This document shows, in pieces, positions 62,001 to 64,000 of a stretch of 64,000 nucleotides of DNA; positions within the stretch are counted from its first letter, which is position 1, and each line of letters opens with the position of its first letter. The position numbers were made by a program, and so were the translations under genes. The notes under the pieces are model-generated. The model did no database searches. It had not been told where the DNA came from and saw only the letters and a program-made list of their open reading frames with translations. This DNA comes from a bacterium (lineage in GTDB: Bacteria > Patescibacteriota > UBA1384 > VFKW01), in contig JAUSIS010000006.1 in the NCBI GenBank assembly GCA_030647355.1, positions 169,506 through 233,505 on the forward strand, given 5' to 3'.

Positions 62001-62836
62001 CTAGACCACCCAAATCGGCTGCTTCAATGTCAGAAGTCTCCGGCAAAGTTTCAATCCGAGAAGAAAAGGACCAAAGGATAATCACTGTGACATCCGACGA
62101 AATACCTTCCGAAACAATTATCATTGAAGATCCGTATAAATTTTCAGTTGCCGATAGAGACGCAGTCAAACCAAAACAAGTTGTTGCCGTAGCGGCCAAC
62201 CAAAAAGCAATCCGGGCTTCTATCGGCGGCAAGGCTTCGATAAAAGGCCATAAACTAATCATAACATCTACCAAGCCAATTCAAGAAGAATATGTTATCT
62301 CGCCAAACGCCACCCTCAAAGTTAAACATGGCGAAATGATCCAACGCGGTCAAGATCTAAGCGAAGGCCATCTGGAATTAGCACGCGCACTTGAATTAAA
62401 AGGCACAACTCAAACTCAATCCTACATCATCAGAGGAGTCCAGGAAATTTATTCTACACAAGGACAAGCAATCAATGACAAACATGTGGAAATTATCGTG
62501 CGTGAAATGTTTTCCAAAGTAAGAATAAAAGATGGTGGAGATTCTGAACTAATACCGGGTCAAATTATTGACAGACTTAAAGCCGATACCATTAATGACG
62601 AACTTAAAAAAGATAAAGCCAGAGAAATTGACTACGAACAGATCGTCCTTGGAATTTCCCGTGTTGCTTTAAACACAGAAAGCTTTTTATCTGCCGCTTC
62701 CTTCCAAGAAACAACCAGCATATTAATTGGTGCGGCTATGCGCGGCGCCCAAGACAACCTAAAGGGTCTAAAAGAGAATGTCATTATTGGTAAACTAATC
62801 CCAGCTGGCAGCGGATATTCATCAAGAAAGAAATAA
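59045..62836 (+). CDS. rpoC: DNA-directed RNA polymerase subunit beta'
   Basis: Zn-finger [20 protein letters not shown] and catalytic NADFDGD. Length 1263 aa. Confidence 0.95.
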   Translation: [1263 protein letters not shown]

Positions 62837-62839
62837 TCC

Positions 62840-62868
62840 TTGATAAAAAGCTTAGTTTGCTGTATCAT
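62840..62868 (+). promoter_or_regulatory. sigma70-like promoter (TTGATA-17-TATCAT)
   Basis: Sequence inspection upstream of rpsL. Confidence 0.45.
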
Positions 62869-62890
62869 ACTAAAGTACGAAAGGTAGTAA

Positions 62891-63322
62891 ATGCCAACAA
62901 TATCCCAGTTAGTCCGAAAAGGTCGCGAAAGTAGAATCAAAAAATCTAAATCACCCGCCATGCATCGGGCCTTCAACCATCTAAAGAATAAACCCCTCAA
63001 TCTGGAAGAAGGAAGGCCTTTCATTCGTGGTGTCTGTGTAAAAGTAACTACTGTTACACCCAAAAAGCCTAACTCTGCCCTTCGCAAAATTGCCCGTGTT
63101 CGCCTGACCTCCGGACAAGAAGTCACAGCCTACATCCCTGGCGTTGGTCACAACTTACAAGAGCACTCGGTTGTATTGATTCGTGGCGGACGAGTTAAAG
63201 ATTTACCTGGTGTACGTTATCACATAATTCGAGGCAAATTCGACACTGCTGGTGTCCAAAACCGAAAACGCAGCCGTAGTTTATATGGCGCAAAAAGACC
63301 GTCTGAAGGTAAGGAGCAGTAA
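62891..63322 (+). CDS. rpsL: 30S ribosomal protein S12
   Basis: [12 protein letters not shown]...[10 protein letters not shown]. Confidence 0.9.
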   Translation: MPTISQLVRKGRESRIKKSKSPAMHRAFNHLKNKPLNLEEGRPFIRGVCVKVTTVTPKKPNSALRKIARVRLTSGQEVTAYIPGVGHNLQEHSVVLIRGGRVKDLPGVRYHIIRGKFDTAGVQNRKRSRSLYGAKRPSEGKEQ

Positions 63323-63795
63323 TGCGAGGCAGTAAAAAAATTCACCTACACACCATCGAGCCTGATTCGAAATATAAAAATATATACTTAGCAAAATTTA
63401 TTAATAAAATAATGCTAAATGGCAAAAAAGAAACTGCACAAAAATTAGTCTACGATGCCCTAGAGGAAGTTAAAAAAAGAACTCAACTAGATCCCATTGT
63501 AGTTTTTGAGCAAGCTATTAAAAATGCTTCGCCACAACTGGAAGTCAGATCGAAACGAATTGGTGGTGCAACCTATCAAGTACCAATGGAAGTACGCCCG
63601 GATAGGAAAAACGCCCTCGCCACCCACTGGATAATAGACGCCGCGCGCGGTAAACAGGGCAAACCCTATAGTATCTTCTTGGCAGACGAATTAATCGACA
63701 GCTATAACGGAGTCGGTTCAGCTATGAAGAAAAAAGAAGAAATGCATAAAATGGCCGAAGCAAACAAAGCTTTTGTTCATTTTGCTCGCTTCTAA
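63322..63795 (+). CDS. rpsG: 30S ribosomal protein S7
   Basis: KFINKIMLNGKK S7 signature. Overlaps rpsL by 1 nt. Confidence 0.9.
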   Translation: MRGSKKIHLHTIEPDSKYKNIYLAKFINKIMLNGKKETAQKLVYDALEEVKKRTQLDPIVVFEQAIKNASPQLEVRSKRIGGATYQVPMEVRPDRKNALATHWIIDAARGKQGKPYSIFLADELIDSYNGVGSAMKKKEEMHKMAEANKAFVHFARF

Positions 63796-63878
63796 GCAAT
63801 TAAAAGTTCGCAGAGCGAACTACCAAAATTTTGCTTTTTGATTTTTGATATTTAATCTTGGACGACAAAGGAGTTCGC

Positions 63879-64000
63879 CGTGCCCCGCCAATATCCTCTG
63901 GAAAAAACCAGAAACATCGGAATCATCGCCCACATAGACGCTGGAAAAACCACTGTAACCGAGCGTATTCTTTACTATACCGGCGTGACCTACAAGATAG
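63879..64000 (+). CDS. fusA: elongation factor G, 5' fragment (continues beyond the window)
   Basis: GTG start. [15 protein letters not shown]1 motif. Confidence 0.8.

Overview
The window reads as a compact, low-GC (~40%) bacterial chromosome segment. Its gene content suggests a small-genome, fermentative lineage, and a Patescibacteria/CPR-like organism is my inference only. The right two-thirds (about 14.7-64 kb) is core and mostly co-oriented. It carries an NADH-dependent [FeFe]-hydrogenase pair (NuoF-like plus HydA). A pentose-phosphate/glycolysis block follows: rpiB, rpe, split transketolase, class II fba, a PfkB kinase and gap. Also present are trxB, uvrC, purM, uvrA, a large type IV pilin-like protein, uvrB, a sugar-transferase/GT4 pair, gyrB-gyrA, infB, cdaA-cdaR, a LysM-M23 peptidase, obg, rpoB-rpoC, rpsL-rpsG and the start of fusA. 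The left quarter (1-14.7 kb) is clearly accessory. It holds a divergently transcribed radical-SAM/SPASM cluster: three SAM methyltransferases (one of them SPOUT/TrmL-like), an unusual HFCD-flavoprotein::class-II-aldolase fusion and a NUDIX gene. Next comes a tRNA-Glu-associated island remnant, with a truncated tyrosine-integrase-like pseudogene abutting tRNA-Glu, an inverted copy of the tRNA-Glu 3' end, and 61-bp direct repeats bracketing a SWIM zinc-finger gene and a class II Fic gene. A secreted metzincin-type protease sits there too, and GC-rich (~50-55%) pyrC-like and pyrD-like genes sit around tRNA-Lys. The pyrC-like gene is bracketed by a ~48-bp MITE-like repeat, and a partial copy of that repeat also sits inside uvrB. 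Several GC-rich single-gene units with their own promoter and terminator are embedded in the core (26.4-28.0 kb, 31.9-32.3 kb, 36.6-37.2 kb). A tightly coupled DprA/SLOG-like - NUDIX - methyltransferase - Maf operon lies at 28.0-30.1 kb. A GC-rich, highly structured ~380-nt intergenic element, containing a G-quadruplex motif inside a perfect hairpin, lies upstream of uvrB. I found no CRISPR array and no intact transposase. Coordinates of starts are approximate where alternative starts exist.
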